The translations under genes were made by a program, and so were the position numbers. A stretch of DNA of 64,000 nucleotides, from the NCBI GenBank assembly GCA_047601445.1, contig JASGJH010000001.1:9056001-9120000 (forward strand), written 5' to 3'. The first letter of the stretch is position 1, and each line of letters begins with the position of its first letter. Shown one piece after another: positions 1-11,372 of this stretch. The notes under the pieces were generated by a model. The model was given only the letters and a program-made list of their open reading frames with translations, was not told the origin of the DNA and made no database searches. The DNA comes from Myxococcales bacterium. Lineage in GTDB: Bacteria; Myxococcota_A; Polyangia; Polyangiales; DASUME01.

Positions 1-85
1 TGTTCGAGACGAAGATGCCCCACAGCGAGACCCACAGCGCGAGCCGCGCTGCGCGGGAGACACGTGGGCTGGAAGGGGAAGACAT
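1..85 (-). CDS. 5' fragment of a hypothetical exported protein running off the window edge
   Basis: ATG at 85 reads MSSPSSPRVSRAARLALWVSLWGIFVSN, which looks like a signal peptide; it follows the 141-638 gene on the same strand. Confidence 0.3.
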   Translation of the reverse strand, partial: MSSPSSPRVSRAARLALWVSLWGIFVSN

Positions 86-140
86 CTCGGAAACGGCCAG
101 CTGCAAGATAGCGTCGGCCGGCCCGCGTGACGAGCGAAGC

Positions 141-638
141 TCAGAGCGTGTTCGGGTTGGTCGTGGGCTCGACGCTGGTGACGCGGACGCTCGAGCCAGG
201 GCCGAAACGGAGCTGCTTGTCGTCGTGCCTGAAGACGAGGCCCAGGGTCTCATCGCCGAGCTGGTTGACCCGCAGCGTGAACGGATTGGCGGAGAGCAGC
301 TCGGCCTCGGTCGAGGTCTCACGGCCGGCGCCGTCGCGGGCCATCAAACGCCAGCCCGGACGCAAGTACACGGTGTACTCGCCGGCGGGCAGCTGCGTGA
401 TCAAGGACTCCCGTGCCCGCACGCCGTCGCGATCCGAGATGGACAGCAGCGCCGAGCCAGTGATCTCGAGATCCACGTTGCGCAGGCGGTAGACGTTGCC
501 TGCAGCATCCTCGGCGGTCAGCGGCACCCGCAGCGAGCCCGAGAGATCGGGTTCCGCGAAGGAGCTGTCTCCGCTCGGAAGGCTCTCCGTGCAGGCAAAT
601 AGCGGCAGTGCACACGCGAGGATGTACGCGAGACGCAT
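141..638 (-). CDS. hypothetical lipoprotein
   Basis: MRLAYILACALPLFA-C lipobox; beta-rich domain (LPAGEYTVYL); purine-rich GGAG/GGGAG-like tract upstream. Confidence 0.65.
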   Translation of the reverse strand: MRLAYILACALPLFACTESLPSGDSSFAEPDLSGSLRVPLTAEDAAGNVYRLRNVDLEITGSALLSISDRDGVRARESLITQLPAGEYTVYLRPGWRLMARDGAGRETSTEAELLSANPFTLRVNQLGDETLGLVFRHDDKQLRFGPGSSVRVTSVEPTTNPNTL

Positions 639-872
639 GGTGGGGAGTCTCCAGACAACGGAGCCTAAACTGTATAGATTTGAAGTAGCAGGTCGGGCAT
701 GTGCCGCAAAGGCCTACATGCAACTTCTGCGAGATCGAACACCAAGGCTCCGCGCGCGAGCCGTTCGCCCCGCAGACACGCTGGCGTGTTGGAAACGACA
801 CGCCGAGCCTGCGAGGAACACCGGAAAATCTTGTGGATCCCGCGAGGAACACCGGTTGCTAGGCTCCGGCCC

Positions 873-3800
873 ATGGTTCGTGTCGTCTGTGCTTTGTGGC
901 TCGTCGCGTCGCTCTTCTCCGTCGGCTGCACGCCGCCCCCGACCACCCCGAGCGGAGCGGGCGCGCCCGCCCTGGGGGTGCAGGCGCCCGGCCGCCGCGG
1001 GGTGCCGCAGGGCCCCGTCCAGGTCACCTATTTCGCGCCGCACGGGGACACCGAGGTGCGCGTCCAAGTCAGCGTCGCGTTCGACCGACCGATGGTGGCC
1101 CTGGGCAGCGACGTGGGGGCCGCGGACGTTCTGCAAGTGACGCCGCAGGTGCCTGGTCGAGCGCGCTGGGTAGGTTCCCAGACGGTGGTCTTCGAGCCCG
1201 CCCACGACCTCCCGGGGGCCACTACGTTTCAGGTGCGCGTGCCCAAGGGCTTGCGAGCCCTGGACGGCAACGTGCTCAGCGATGGGCTGGTCTTCGAGTT
1301 CTCGACGCCTCGGCCCAAAGTCGTGAGCACCTCACCCGGAAACGGCGCCGAGCGCGAGCTGCCCGCTCGGGCCTTCGAGCTGTTTTTCAACCAGGCAGTT
1401 TCCCCGGAGGCGGTGCGTCGGGTGGCGAAGCTGACGGTCGAGGCGGGCGACCAGACGCGCGAGGTCGAGTTCAGCGTGAGCCGGCCTAGCAACACGGACC
1501 CCAAACAAATCCGGGTGACTCCGAGCCACAAGCTGCCGCTCGCCGCGGGCGCGCACCTGGTGCTGGGGGCCGAGCTGCTCGGTGAAGAGGGACCGAGCCC
1601 GATGGGGGAAGCGTTCGAGACTAGCTTTCGCGTGTACGGGCCGCTGCAGTTCGCGCCCGGCGACCTCTGTGCAGACTCGGGTGGACGTTGTTCGCCGAGC
1701 GGAGGGACCACCATTCGCTTCACCAATCCCGTGAAGATCAAGGACGCGCTCAAGCAGCTGCGCTTCGATCCACCTTTGCCCGAGCCGCTCAGCGCCTATG
1801 ACGAAGACTACGTCAGCGAGTACGTCTACGTGTCGCAGGAGCTGGCTCCGCTCACCAAGTACACGGTGAAGCTGGAGGGCGACCTGGTAGACGCCTATGG
1901 GAATCACTTCAGCGGTCAGCGCACGCGCGTGCTGAGCACCGGGCCCTTCGAGCCGTGGGCTTATTTCCCGGTGGACGGGGATCTCCTGCAGGCGGGCAAG
2001 GTGCAGCGCATCGGCGTGCGCATGTCGAACCTCGCTGCGCCCAAGCTCAATCTCTACGCGCTGAAGCCAGACGAAATCGACGCCCTCGCGTCGGGGCGCG
2101 AGCTCTTGCCCAAGAGCAAGGCCAAGGTGAGCGCGCTGCCTGCCGTGGGGGGCGACAAGCGGACGCGCGTGGAGATCGATCCGACGCCGGTGTTGAACCA
2201 AGGCAAGGGCGTGTTCCTGGCGGCCGTCACGGACAAGAAGAACCCGTCAGAGCCCTTCGCGCGCACCTTGCTCGCGGTGACGAACCTGGCTCCCACGTTG
2301 AAGTTCGGCCAGCGCGCGGGCGTGGTGTGGGTGACGGATCTCGAGAAGGCGCAGCCTGTGTCGGGCGCCACGGTGCGGCTCTCCGACTGTGGTGCTGTGG
2401 TGGCCACGGGCAGCACCGATTCGAAGGGCATGTGGAACTTCCAGCTCGGCGCTGCGCCGCAGTGCGAGCTGTTCGCGATCGTCGAGAAGGACGGCGACGT
2501 GAGCTTCACGCATCAGTACGCGGGCGTGGGCCCCTGGGATCTCACCAGCCACTCGGGCTACGAAGCCGAGGGCGAACAAAGCGCCTTCGTGTTCACGGAA
2601 CGCGGCGTGTATCGCCCGGGTGAGACCATGCGCTTGAAGGGCATCCTGCGTCGTCACGGCCAGCGCGGGCTTGCGATGAGCACGGGCCAGGTCAGCGTGC
2701 GGGTGGCCGACAGTCAAGATCGCGAGATCGAGCAGATGGACCTCGAGCTCGACGCGTTCGGCAGCTTCTCGCGGGCGATTCGGATCCCCGGCTCGGTCTC
2801 CTTGGGGCCGCTCGCCATCACGGTCACGCAGGGCGAGCAAACCTTTCACACCAGCGCCGAGGTGGCCGAGTTTCGACGCGCGGAGCTCGAGGTCGACGTG
2901 CGCAGCGAGAAGGAGCACGTGATTCGAGGGCAAAAGGCCAAGCTGAAGGTCAACGCGCAGTATCTGTTCGGGGCCCCGGTGGCGCACCAGGCCGTGGTGT
3001 GGAGCGCGCGTCGGGTGGTGCGCGACGCGCGCCCTGCGGGCGAGGCCTACGAGGGCTTCGCGTTCGACGACGAGACGCGCTGGTTCGAGGACACGGTGAG
3101 CCCGGAGAGCACGACGCTGGAGGGCGCCGAGGCCAAGCTCGATGAGCACGGCGAGCTGATGCTCGAGGTCCCTTCACAGATGGAGCTCGAATCGGGCGCG
3201 GCGGGGCTCGAGGTGGAGGCCACGGTGGACGGACTCGGCGGTGCGTCCGCGTCCGGGCGTACGGTGCTGACGGTGACGCCTGCGGCCTTCATGGTGGGGC
3301 TCAGGCCGAGCACCAGCTTGATCACCGCGGACCAAAAGTTCGCGGTGGAGGTCGCGGCGGCCAAGCTGGATGGTGCGCCCGTGTCCAAGGTGGCGCTCGA
3401 GGTGAGCCTCGAGCGGCGCGTGTTCTTCAGTGAGCTCAAGGAGGGGCAGGCAGGGCGCACCGAGCACGCCTACCAGCACCGCGACGAAGTCGTACAGACC
3501 TGCAAGGTCACGACCAAGCAAGGCTTCGGCCGCTGCGAACTCACGCCCAAGGCACCGGGCCTGCACTTCGCCCGCGTGACGGGCCGCGACGCGAAAGGAC
3601 GCGTGGTGAAAGCGGCACTACCGCTCTACGCGTACGGCGCGGGAGAGGCGAGCTGGGAGCCCAGCGAAGGTCCGGTGATCACGCTCAAGGCGGATCGCGA
3701 GCGCTATCAGCTCGGACAGCGCGCGAAGATCTTGGTGGCGTCTCCGTTCGACGAGGCGGAGGCCCTGGTGAGTGTGGAGCGCGAAGGCGTGGTCAGCGTG

Positions 3801-6396
3801 GAGCAGCGGCATCTAGTGGGGAAAGCGGCGACACTCGAGGTCAATGTCGATGAGCGCTTCATCCCCAACGCCTTCGTGACCGTGCTGCTAGTGCGGCCGC
3901 GCGTGGCCTCACGTGGCGAAGACAGCGGCGAGCCTGCGTTTCGCGTGGGCAGCGTGGAGCTCGCCACCGACGTTAGTGAGCATCATTTGTCCGTGAAGGT
4001 GCGGCCGGACGCGCCCGAAAAGCGCCCTGGCGAGACCGTCGAGGTGAACTTCGAGGTGGTCAACGCCAAGGGCAAGGCCGTGCCATCCGAGCTTACGGTG
4101 TTCGCGGTGGACGAGGGCGTGCTCGCGCTCACTGGCTATCGCACGCCCGATCCATTCGACGTGCTGTACGCGCCGCGCGCGCTTTCGGTGTGGACGGCCG
4201 ACGCGCGCGGGCGCCTGGCGCGGGCGGCAGCGGGAGAGGACGACAAGGGAGGCAGCGAGGGCGGCGGTGGCGGGGACGCCATGACCATGCGCAAAGACTT
4301 CGATGCGGTGGCATTCTATGCGCCCGACGTGGTCACCGACGAGGCGGGACGCGCCAAGGTCTCGTTCAAGCTACCCGACAGCCTGACGCGCTACCGCATC
4401 ATGGCCGTGGCGGCTTCACGCGGCGCCGACCTCGGCTCGGGCGAGGCCGCAGTGCGCACCAAGAAGCCCTTGATGCTGCGTCCGGCGCTGCCGCGCGTAG
4501 TGCGCGTGGGAGACAGCTTTTCGGCCGGCGCCGTGCTGCACAACGAGTCGGATCGGGATCTCGAGGTAGAGCTCAAGGCAGAAGTTCAGGGACTGACCAT
4601 GAGCGCACCGAACACCCGCAAGCTCAGCCTGGCCAAGGGGGCCGCCAGCGAGGTGCGCTTTCCGCTGCGCGCAGACGGCCCCGGAGAAGCCAAGCTTCGT
4701 TTCGTGGCCAAGGCGCAGGCGGAGTCCGATGGTCTCGAGCTGACGCGCGCGGTGCTCTTGCCGCTGGCGCTCGAGGCCGTGAGCAGCAGCGGGCACACTG
4801 ACGAGCGTGCGAGCGAAGCCCTGGCGGCGCTCAAGGGCGTGCGCCCCGACGTGGGCGGACTCGAGGTGCGCGTCTCGACCACGGCGCTGGCCACGCTGGA
4901 GGCGCCGGCAAAGGCGCTCTTCGAGTACCCCTACGGCTGCACGGAGCAACTGTCCTCCAAGTTGATCGGTATGTCGGGGCTGGCCCGACTCGAGAAGCGC
5001 GGGGTCCTCGAGAGTCCCGGTCTCGCCAAGCGCGTGGAGCTCGTGTTGGGAGAGCTCGAGCGCCATCAGCGCAGCGACGGTGGCTTCGGACTGTGGTCGA
5101 GCGAGGAGTCTTTCTATTCGCCATCCTTGACCGCCTTCCTCACCTCGTACGCCTTGCTTGCCATGGAGGAGGTCAAGCGCGCCGGGTTCGTGGTGGCTCC
5201 CCACGCCGCGGAAAACGCGCGGCTGTGGCTCTCGCAGTACCTGCGCGGCGACGAGCGTGCGTCCTCGGAGCTCGACCGCGCGAGTGTGGCGTTCGTGGCT
5301 TACGCGTTGGCGCGCACGGGCAACGCCGACGCCTCCTATGCGGGCAAGCTGTTCGAGGACCGCGAGAAGCTCGATTCTGGCTTCTCGGGTGGAGCTTGCC
5401 CACCTATTCAACGTGCTCAAGGATGGCGAGCGCGCGTCCGAGCTGCTCGACGGCGTGTTCGGACGAGTGCGCGTGACGGCCGACGAAGCGCACCTCGAGG
5501 AGAACCTCGGCGATGACTACGAGGCCATCATGACCTCCGATGTACGCGCCACGGCGCAGCTCATTCTGCTGCTGCTGGAGCGCGATCCCAACCACACGCT
5601 CTTGCCGCGGCTCACGCGCTGGCTGTCCAATGCGCGCGAGCTCGATGGTGCTTGGCGCTCCACGCAGGAGAACGCCTGGGGCCTGCTGGCGCTGGCGAAC
5701 TACGTCGACGTGCTCGAGAAAGCCAACCCGGACTTTTCGGTAACGGCGCTGTTCGGGGCTCGAACACTGGGGCAGGCTACGCTCAAGGGCCGCAAGGCAA
5801 GCAAGGCCTTCAACGTGCCGATGCGCGAGCTGCCCCCTGATGGCAGTGCGGTGGAGCTGCGTAAGCAGGGCACGGGCACGCTCTACTACACCATGCGGCT
5901 CGCCTACGCGCGCAGTGACCTACCGCAAGCGCCCGAGGAGCGTGGCTTCTATCTCGAGCGCGTATACGAGCGCATCGACCCGGCGGCGCTGGCGCGCGGG
6001 GAGACCGCGGGAGAGGCCGGCACGCGTGCGCAGCAGGGAGACTACGTGCGGGTCACGCTGCGAGTGGCCGTGCCCGCCACGCGGCGCTTCGTGGTCGTGG
6101 AGGATCCGCTGCCGGCGGGCCTCGAAGCGGTGAACTTCGGGTTGCTCACCGAAGCGCGTGGCGCCGCCGGAGCGCTCTCGCTGCAGCAGGGGCCGGTGGA
6201 TCACTCGGAGCTGCGCGATAGCCAGAGCGTGTTCGCGGCGACGCAGCTCGAGCCCGGGCTCTATCAATACCAGTACCTCGCGCGTGCCAGCACGCCTGGC
6301 AGCTTCGTGGTGCCGCCCGCCAAGGTCTCCGAGATGTACCACCCGGAGACCTTCGGTTCGACGGCAGCGACGCACTTCGAGGTGGAGGCGCCATGA
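873..6396 (+). CDS. yfhM: bacterial alpha-2-macroglobulin lipoprotein (one apparent +1 frameshift at 5372-5377)
   Basis: Lipobox LFSVG-C; Ig-like domains; FTERGVYRPGE (MG2); AVDEGVL; thioester motif PYGCTEQ; C-terminal DPLPAGLE and PPAKVSEMYHPE. Removing one T at CGATTC joins ORFs 699..5516 and 5158..6396 into about 1840 aa. Confidence 0.92.
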
Positions 6397-8267
6397 GCAA
6401 GGGTAGGCGGCGCTGGGGGCTGGCGGGGATGGCGGGCCTGGGTGTCCTGGCGCTCTGTGCGCTGGTGCTCGCACTGGCACCGTTGCCCGAGGTGCTCGAG
6501 CCGGGGCGCCGTGCTCTCGTGATCCGCGACGCGCGCGGGGGCGTGTTGCGCGAGCCGGCGTTCGAGGATGGTCTCCGCGCGCGCTGGGTCGCATTCGACG
6601 ACGTTCCACGTGCTGCCATCGACGCCATCGTACAGTCCGAGGATCACCACCTCGGTTGGCATCCGGGCGTGGACCCGCTCGGAATCGCGCGCGCGATGTG
6701 GCTCGATCTGAGGGCAGGGCGAGTAGTGGCCGGCGGTTCGACGTTGGCCATGCAACTCGCGCGCGTGAGCTACGGCTTGCCGCGCACCGCCTGGGGCAAG
6801 CTGCAGCAAGCGTTTCTGGGCATGCAGCTGCAGATGCGTCTGGGGTCCCGCGGGGTGCTTGAGGCCTACGTGAACCTCGTGCCCTTCGGGCGCGACGTGC
6901 GTGGGCTCGCCATGGCGAGCCAGGCGTACCTGGGTAAGCCCTTGCGTGACGCCACCACGGGCGAGCTCGTGGCCCTGGCCTGCTTGGTGCGCGCGCCCAG
7001 CGCCTACGACCCCCATCGCCACGCAGCGCGCTTGTTGGCGCGGCGCCACCACGTGCTCGCACTGATGCACGCCCGCGGTGCGCTCTCGCGGGAGGCGCGC
7101 GACGCCGCCGACGCGGAGCCCCTGCATCTCACGAGCTTTCGCCGCACGTTTCGCGCTCCGCATGCTTCGGCTTTGGCCTTCCTCGAGGCGGAGCGTCGCG
7201 CGGGGAAGAGCCCGAACGACGTCGAGACCACCCTCGATCCCAACCTGCAGCGCATGGCGCAGCGCGCCTGCAAGGAGGCCGTGCGCGAGCTCGAACGGAG
7301 CGCCGTGACGGATTGCGCCGCCGTCGTGTTGCGGGCCTCGAGCGCCGAGGTGCTCGCCCTGGTGGGGTCGCCCGACTTTCACTCGCCGCACGCGGGCCAG
7401 GTCAACGCCGCCCTGGCTCCCAGACAACCCGGCAGTGCGCTCAAGCCCTTCCTCTATGCGCTCGCGTTCGAGCGTGGCCAGAGCCCCGGCGACACCATCC
7501 GCGACGAGGCCATGGCTTTTCCCGCGCAATTCGGCAGCTGGATCCCCGAGAACTACGATCACCGCTTCCACGGCGAAGTGACTCTACGCGAAGCCCTGGC
7601 CAACTCGTACAACGTCCCGGCGGCCAAGTTGGCGCTCGAAATCGGCATCGACGGCTTGCTCGCACGACTGAGGAGCCTGGGCTTCAGCAGCCTCACGAAG
7701 GAGTCCGCCTACTACGGACCCGGGCTCGCACTCGGCGACGGTGAGGTGACCTTGCTCGACCTGGTGTCGGCCTACGGAACGCTCGCGCGCGGCGGCACCT
7801 ACCAGGTTCCGACCCTGATCCGGCGCGCCCGCAGGGGCTCCCACCAACTCGCGCTCTCGTCGCGCCCCGCGCGGCGCGTGTTCTCGCCAGCGGTGACTTA
7901 CCTGGTAGGGCACGTACTACAGGATTGCGCGGCCCGCCGCGCTGCCTTCGGCGAGGGCAGCGTGCTCGAGCTTCCTTTCGCGGCTGCGGTCAAGACCGGA
8001 ACCTCGTCGCGCTACCGCGACAACTGGGCGGTTGGTTACGCCGGCGACGTCGTGGTGGGTGTCTGGGTCGGACGTCACGACGGTGCGCCCATGCTCGGCG
8101 TGTCGGGCGTATCCGGCGCGGGTCCGGCTTTTCGGCGCCTGATGTTGGAGGCGGCAGGACGCACGGCCGCGGAATTTCCAGCGCCTCCGGCGGATGTGGC
8201 GCTGCGGCGCTTCGGCAAGCGTCTCGACCTTGCCCTGCTCGCGGGACCGCTGGCGTCGAACCCCTGA
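6393..8267 (+). CDS. pbpC: penicillin-binding protein 1C (transglycosylase/transpeptidase)
   Basis: EDHHLGWHPGVD and GGSTLAMQLAR (TG); PGSALK (SxxK), SYN, KTGT (TP); ATGA overlap with the A2M gene, the known yfhM-pbpC pairing. Confidence 0.9.
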   Translation: MSKGRRRWGLAGMAGLGVLALCALVLALAPLPEVLEPGRRALVIRDARGGVLREPAFEDGLRARWVAFDDVPRAAIDAIVQSEDHHLGWHPGVDPLGIARAMWLDLRAGRVVAGGSTLAMQLARVSYGLPRTAWGKLQQAFLGMQLQMRLGSRGVLEAYVNLVPFGRDVRGLAMASQAYLGKPLRDATTGELVALACLVRAPSAYDPHRHAARLLARRHHVLALMHARGALSREARDAADAEPLHLTSFRRTFRAPHASALAFLEAERRAGKSPNDVETTLDPNLQRMAQRACKEAVRELERSAVTDCAAVVLRASSAEVLALVGSPDFHSPHAGQVNAALAPRQPGSALKPFLYALAFERGQSPGDTIRDEAMAFPAQFGSWIPENYDHRFHGEVTLREALANSYNVPAAKLALEIGIDGLLARLRSLGFSSLTKESAYYGPGLALGDGEVTLLDLVSAYGTLARGGTYQVPTLIRRARRGSHQLALSSRPARRVFSPAVTYLVGHVLQDCAARRAAFGEGSVLELPFAAAVKTGTSSRYRDNWAVGYAGDVVVGVWVGRHDGAPMLGVSGVSGAGPAFRRLMLEAAGRTAAEFPAPPADVALRRFGKRLDLALLAGPLASNP

Positions 8268-8317
8268 CGTCCGGAGCATTTCGCGAGACGGCGCGCGGCG
8301 GCTATGCTCGGGCCCTC

Positions 8318-9367
8318 ATGCAGTCCCCCCACGACATTGGGCCTCTTTGTGTAGTCACTGGCGGCGCCGGGTTTCTCGGCCGCAGCATCGTGAAATACCT
8401 GCTCGACCAGGGCTATCGCGTGCGCGTATTCGACCGCGCCGGGCATCCCGACCTCGATCCTCGCGCCGAGCTTTTCCTCGGTGACGTGCGGAACCGCGAC
8501 GAAGTGAGACGCGCTTTCGCGGGCGCAGGCACCGTGTTCCACACGGCTTCGATCATCTATCTGGCCGGCGTCGCCAGCGCGAAGACGCGACGTCAGGTGT
8601 TCGACGTCAACGTGGGTGGCACCCAAAACGTGATCGATGCGTGCCTCGAGTGCGGCGTGCCTCGCCTGGTGCACACCAGCACCAACAACGTGGTCTTCGA
8701 TCGCGAGCTCGTCGACAGCGATGAACGCGCGGCCTACGCCAAGCGCTGGATCGATCTCTATACCGAGACCAAGATGCTCTCCGAGCGAGCCGTCCTCGCC
8801 GAGGGGAGGCGCGGCAAGCTGCGCACGTGCGCGCTGCGACCCGGCGGCATCTGGGCGCCCTATGGCGGCGGCGTGATGATCGACAAGGTGCTCGATCAGA
8901 TCGCGCAGGGCACGTTGATCGCGCGCATCGGAGCGGGCGGCCTGGCCGACAACACGCACGTGGAGAACCTGTGCGAAGCGGAGCTCTTGGCGGCCCGCGC
9001 CCTGCTCGAAAAGCCCGAGCTCGTGAGCGGGGAGGCCTACTTCATTACAGACGGGGAACCGATGGATCCGGTGGATTGGTTTGCTCCGCTGGTTGAAGGG
9101 CTCGGCGCCAAGTTGCCCACGCGCCGGCTGCCCGCGTCCGTGATGTACGGCCTCGGCTACGCTTGCGAGTGGGCCGCACGTTGGGGCAAGAAGGCGCCGC
9201 TGCTCACGCGCGTCGAAGTGCTCAAGGTGACGCGACGCCACAGCTTCCGCATCGACAAGGCGCGCGAGCACCTCGGCTACACACCGCGCATCCAGAGCCG
9301 CGAGGGCCTGCTCGAGTGCTTGCCCTACGCACGCGAGTACCTGGCGAAGAAGCGCGCCAGAGGTTGA
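8318..9367 (+). CDS. 3-beta-hydroxysteroid dehydrogenase family extended SDR
   Basis: TGGAGFLG, VFHTAS, VNVGGT, YTETK (YxxxK), LRPGGIW, GEAYFITDGEP. Confidence 0.85.
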   Translation: MQSPHDIGPLCVVTGGAGFLGRSIVKYLLDQGYRVRVFDRAGHPDLDPRAELFLGDVRNRDEVRRAFAGAGTVFHTASIIYLAGVASAKTRRQVFDVNVGGTQNVIDACLECGVPRLVHTSTNNVVFDRELVDSDERAAYAKRWIDLYTETKMLSERAVLAEGRRGKLRTCALRPGGIWAPYGGGVMIDKVLDQIAQGTLIARIGAGGLADNTHVENLCEAELLAARALLEKPELVSGEAYFITDGEPMDPVDWFAPLVEGLGAKLPTRRLPASVMYGLGYACEWAARWGKKAPLLTRVEVLKVTRRHSFRIDKAREHLGYTPRIQSREGLLECLPYAREYLAKKRARG

Positions 9368-9370
9368 CGG

Positions 9371-10645
9371 GTGCCCCGCGCCGGCCTGGACTATGGTTGG
9401 CGGGTGCGGCGGCTCTCACGATGGTCCCTGCCAGTCGGACTCGCAATCGCGGCCTGCGGGCTGTGGTTGTGGTCGCGGCAAGCTTTGCCCGTGCGAACGC
9501 CCCCGTTGGCTGCGCAGGAGGGCGCCGCGCCGACCCAGCTCGATCCGGCACTGCTCTATCCCAAAGTCGATCCCCCTTCCGGCATCGTGGCCGACTTGGT
9601 GCCCGTGGCGCGAGGGTTCGAACGTCCGCTCGAAATCGTCTCCGTTCCGGGCACACTCGACACCGCGCTGGTGCTCGAGCAAGCCGGACGCGTCTTTCGC
9701 GTCTCGCTCGGCTCGGGTGAGGTGACGTTTTGGTTCAGCGTTCCAGTGGACGCGAGCGCCTACGAGCGAGGTCTGCTCGGCGCGGCCTTTCACCCAGATT
9801 TTCTCGAGAGCGGCCGCCTCTTCTTCAACTACACCGTAGCCCGCGCGAACAAGAGCTTTAGCGTGGTCTCAGAGTGGCGCGTGTCCGATCCCAAGCAGCC
9901 CTTCGAGAAGCCGGCGCACATGGTCGGGGAGGTCCTGCAGCTCGAGCAACCCTTCCCGAACCACAACGGGGGCTGTCTGCGCTTCGGTCCGGACGGCATG
10001 CTCTACATCGGCTTCGGCGACGGCGGAGCCGCCAATGATTTGCTCAAGGAGGGCCAGGACGGCCGCAACTGGCTCGGATCCATGTTGCGCATCGACGTCG
10101 ACGGCGAGGCGCCCTATCAGGTCCCCGCGGACAATCCGTTTCTCGGCCGTGCCGACATGTTGCCCGAGACCTTCGCCATCGGCCTACGCAACCCATGGCG
10201 CTACACGTTCGCACCTGACGGTCGCTTGATCGTCGCCGACGTGGGACAGCAAGACTGGGAAGAGCTCGACATCCTGCTGCCCGGGGACAACCTGGGCTGG
10301 AGTCTCATGGAGGGCGCGAACTGCTTTCATGGGACCCAGTGCGATCAGCGCGGGCTGCGTTTGCCGTTCCATGTTTACGGCCACGACATGGGACAGAGCA
10401 TCACCGGCGGCGAGGTGGTGCTCGCGGAGGGGCCCCTGCGCGGGCTCTACGTTTTCGGTGATTTCTTGAGCGGACGCCTGTGGGCCGTGCGCCTCCCGGC
10501 GCAGCCCGACACCCCGATGAAACCGGTCGCGCTCGGGCAGTTCGCGGTCCACCCGAGCAGCTTCGGCCGCGATCCGGAGGGGCGCCTGTATCTGGCCGGC
10601 TACGTGGAAGGCGTGATCTACCGGCTGGACGTCCGCTCGCTCTGA
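9371..10645 (+). CDS. PQQ-dependent glucose/sorbosone dehydrogenase family beta-propeller
   Basis: ERGLLGAAFHPDF, NHNGGCLRFGPDGMLYIGFGDGG, GLRNPWR, SITGG; N-terminal TM; start uncertain. Confidence 0.85.
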   Translation: MPRAGLDYGWRVRRLSRWSLPVGLAIAACGLWLWSRQALPVRTPPLAAQEGAAPTQLDPALLYPKVDPPSGIVADLVPVARGFERPLEIVSVPGTLDTALVLEQAGRVFRVSLGSGEVTFWFSVPVDASAYERGLLGAAFHPDFLESGRLFFNYTVARANKSFSVVSEWRVSDPKQPFEKPAHMVGEVLQLEQPFPNHNGGCLRFGPDGMLYIGFGDGGAANDLLKEGQDGRNWLGSMLRIDVDGEAPYQVPADNPFLGRADMLPETFAIGLRNPWRYTFAPDGRLIVADVGQQDWEELDILLPGDNLGWSLMEGANCFHGTQCDQRGLRLPFHVYGHDMGQSITGGEVVLAEGPLRGLYVFGDFLSGRLWAVRLPAQPDTPMKPVALGQFAVHPSSFGRDPEGRLYLAGYVEGVIYRLDVRSL

Positions 10646-10721
10646 GCTCGGTGGGCGCGCACAGGAATGGGGGCAGCGGACACCCATCGAAGAAGCGCAT
10701 CGCGTCGCGTACACTGGGCGC

Positions 10722-11333
10722 GTGCGTTGGCTGCGGACCCTCCTGGCGTCGTTCGGAACGAGTGCGCTGGTCGCGGCGCCCCTCGCTGCGCAGGACACCG
10801 CACAAGAGCAGGCTGATAGCGGGGAGGAGCGAGAGCTCGACGTGGCGACGTCGCGTACCTACGTCAATGCGCGCGTGGGACTCGCGAGCACCGACGAGAA
10901 CGGCATGCCCGAGGTCTGCATGGAGGGCGCACCGCTTGCCTACTTGAGCGTGGAGGCCTGCGGGACGGGCGCGCAGCTCTGGCACAACCGTCCGCAGCCC
11001 GAGATGTCGCACTACCGGGTCAAGGGCCGCGTGCTCTCCCATGCCCTGCGTGGGTTTTGGCTGCAGGGCTTCGTGGGCGTAGGCATGGCCGAGCTCTCGG
11101 TCGGGGCGGATGACCCGGGCTTCGCGCTACGCGGCGTGTCGGCCGAGCGCACCTCGACCGCGGGCGCCGAGCTCACGTTGTCGACACGCGCCCTGATCCC
11201 GCTCAAGCGAGGCTTCGACTTGCTCGGCGACCTGGCGGTGGCCGGCGCCTATCTACCCCATGCGGACGAGCTGTTCGTGTCGCGCTTGGTATTCCAGCCG
11301 AGCTTCTCGCTCTCACTGGGGGTCGGCTTTTGA
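10722..11333 (+). CDS. hypothetical exported protein, possible small outer-membrane beta-barrel
   Basis: Signal peptide ending LAA-Q; amphipathic strands; C-terminal LSLGVGF. Confidence 0.6.
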   Translation: MRWLRTLLASFGTSALVAAPLAAQDTAQEQADSGEERELDVATSRTYVNARVGLASTDENGMPEVCMEGAPLAYLSVEACGTGAQLWHNRPQPEMSHYRVKGRVLSHALRGFWLQGFVGVGMAELSVGADDPGFALRGVSAERTSTAGAELTLSTRALIPLKRGFDLLGDLAVAGAYLPHADELFVSRLVFQPSFSLSLGVGF

Positions 11334-11372
11334 ACGAGCGCGGCGCGCTTCGTCACGCCCGTTGGTGCGGCC

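Noticed and set aside
655..730. Cyclic di-GMP (GEMM) riboswitch
   Set aside because: GCCTAAAC and CGCAAAG words occur, but in the wrong order and without the GNRA/receptor architecture.
7925..8317. N-terminal extension of the 480-aa dehydrogenase ORF
   Set aside because: It overlaps pbpC in another frame; the Rossmann motif begins right after ATG 8318.
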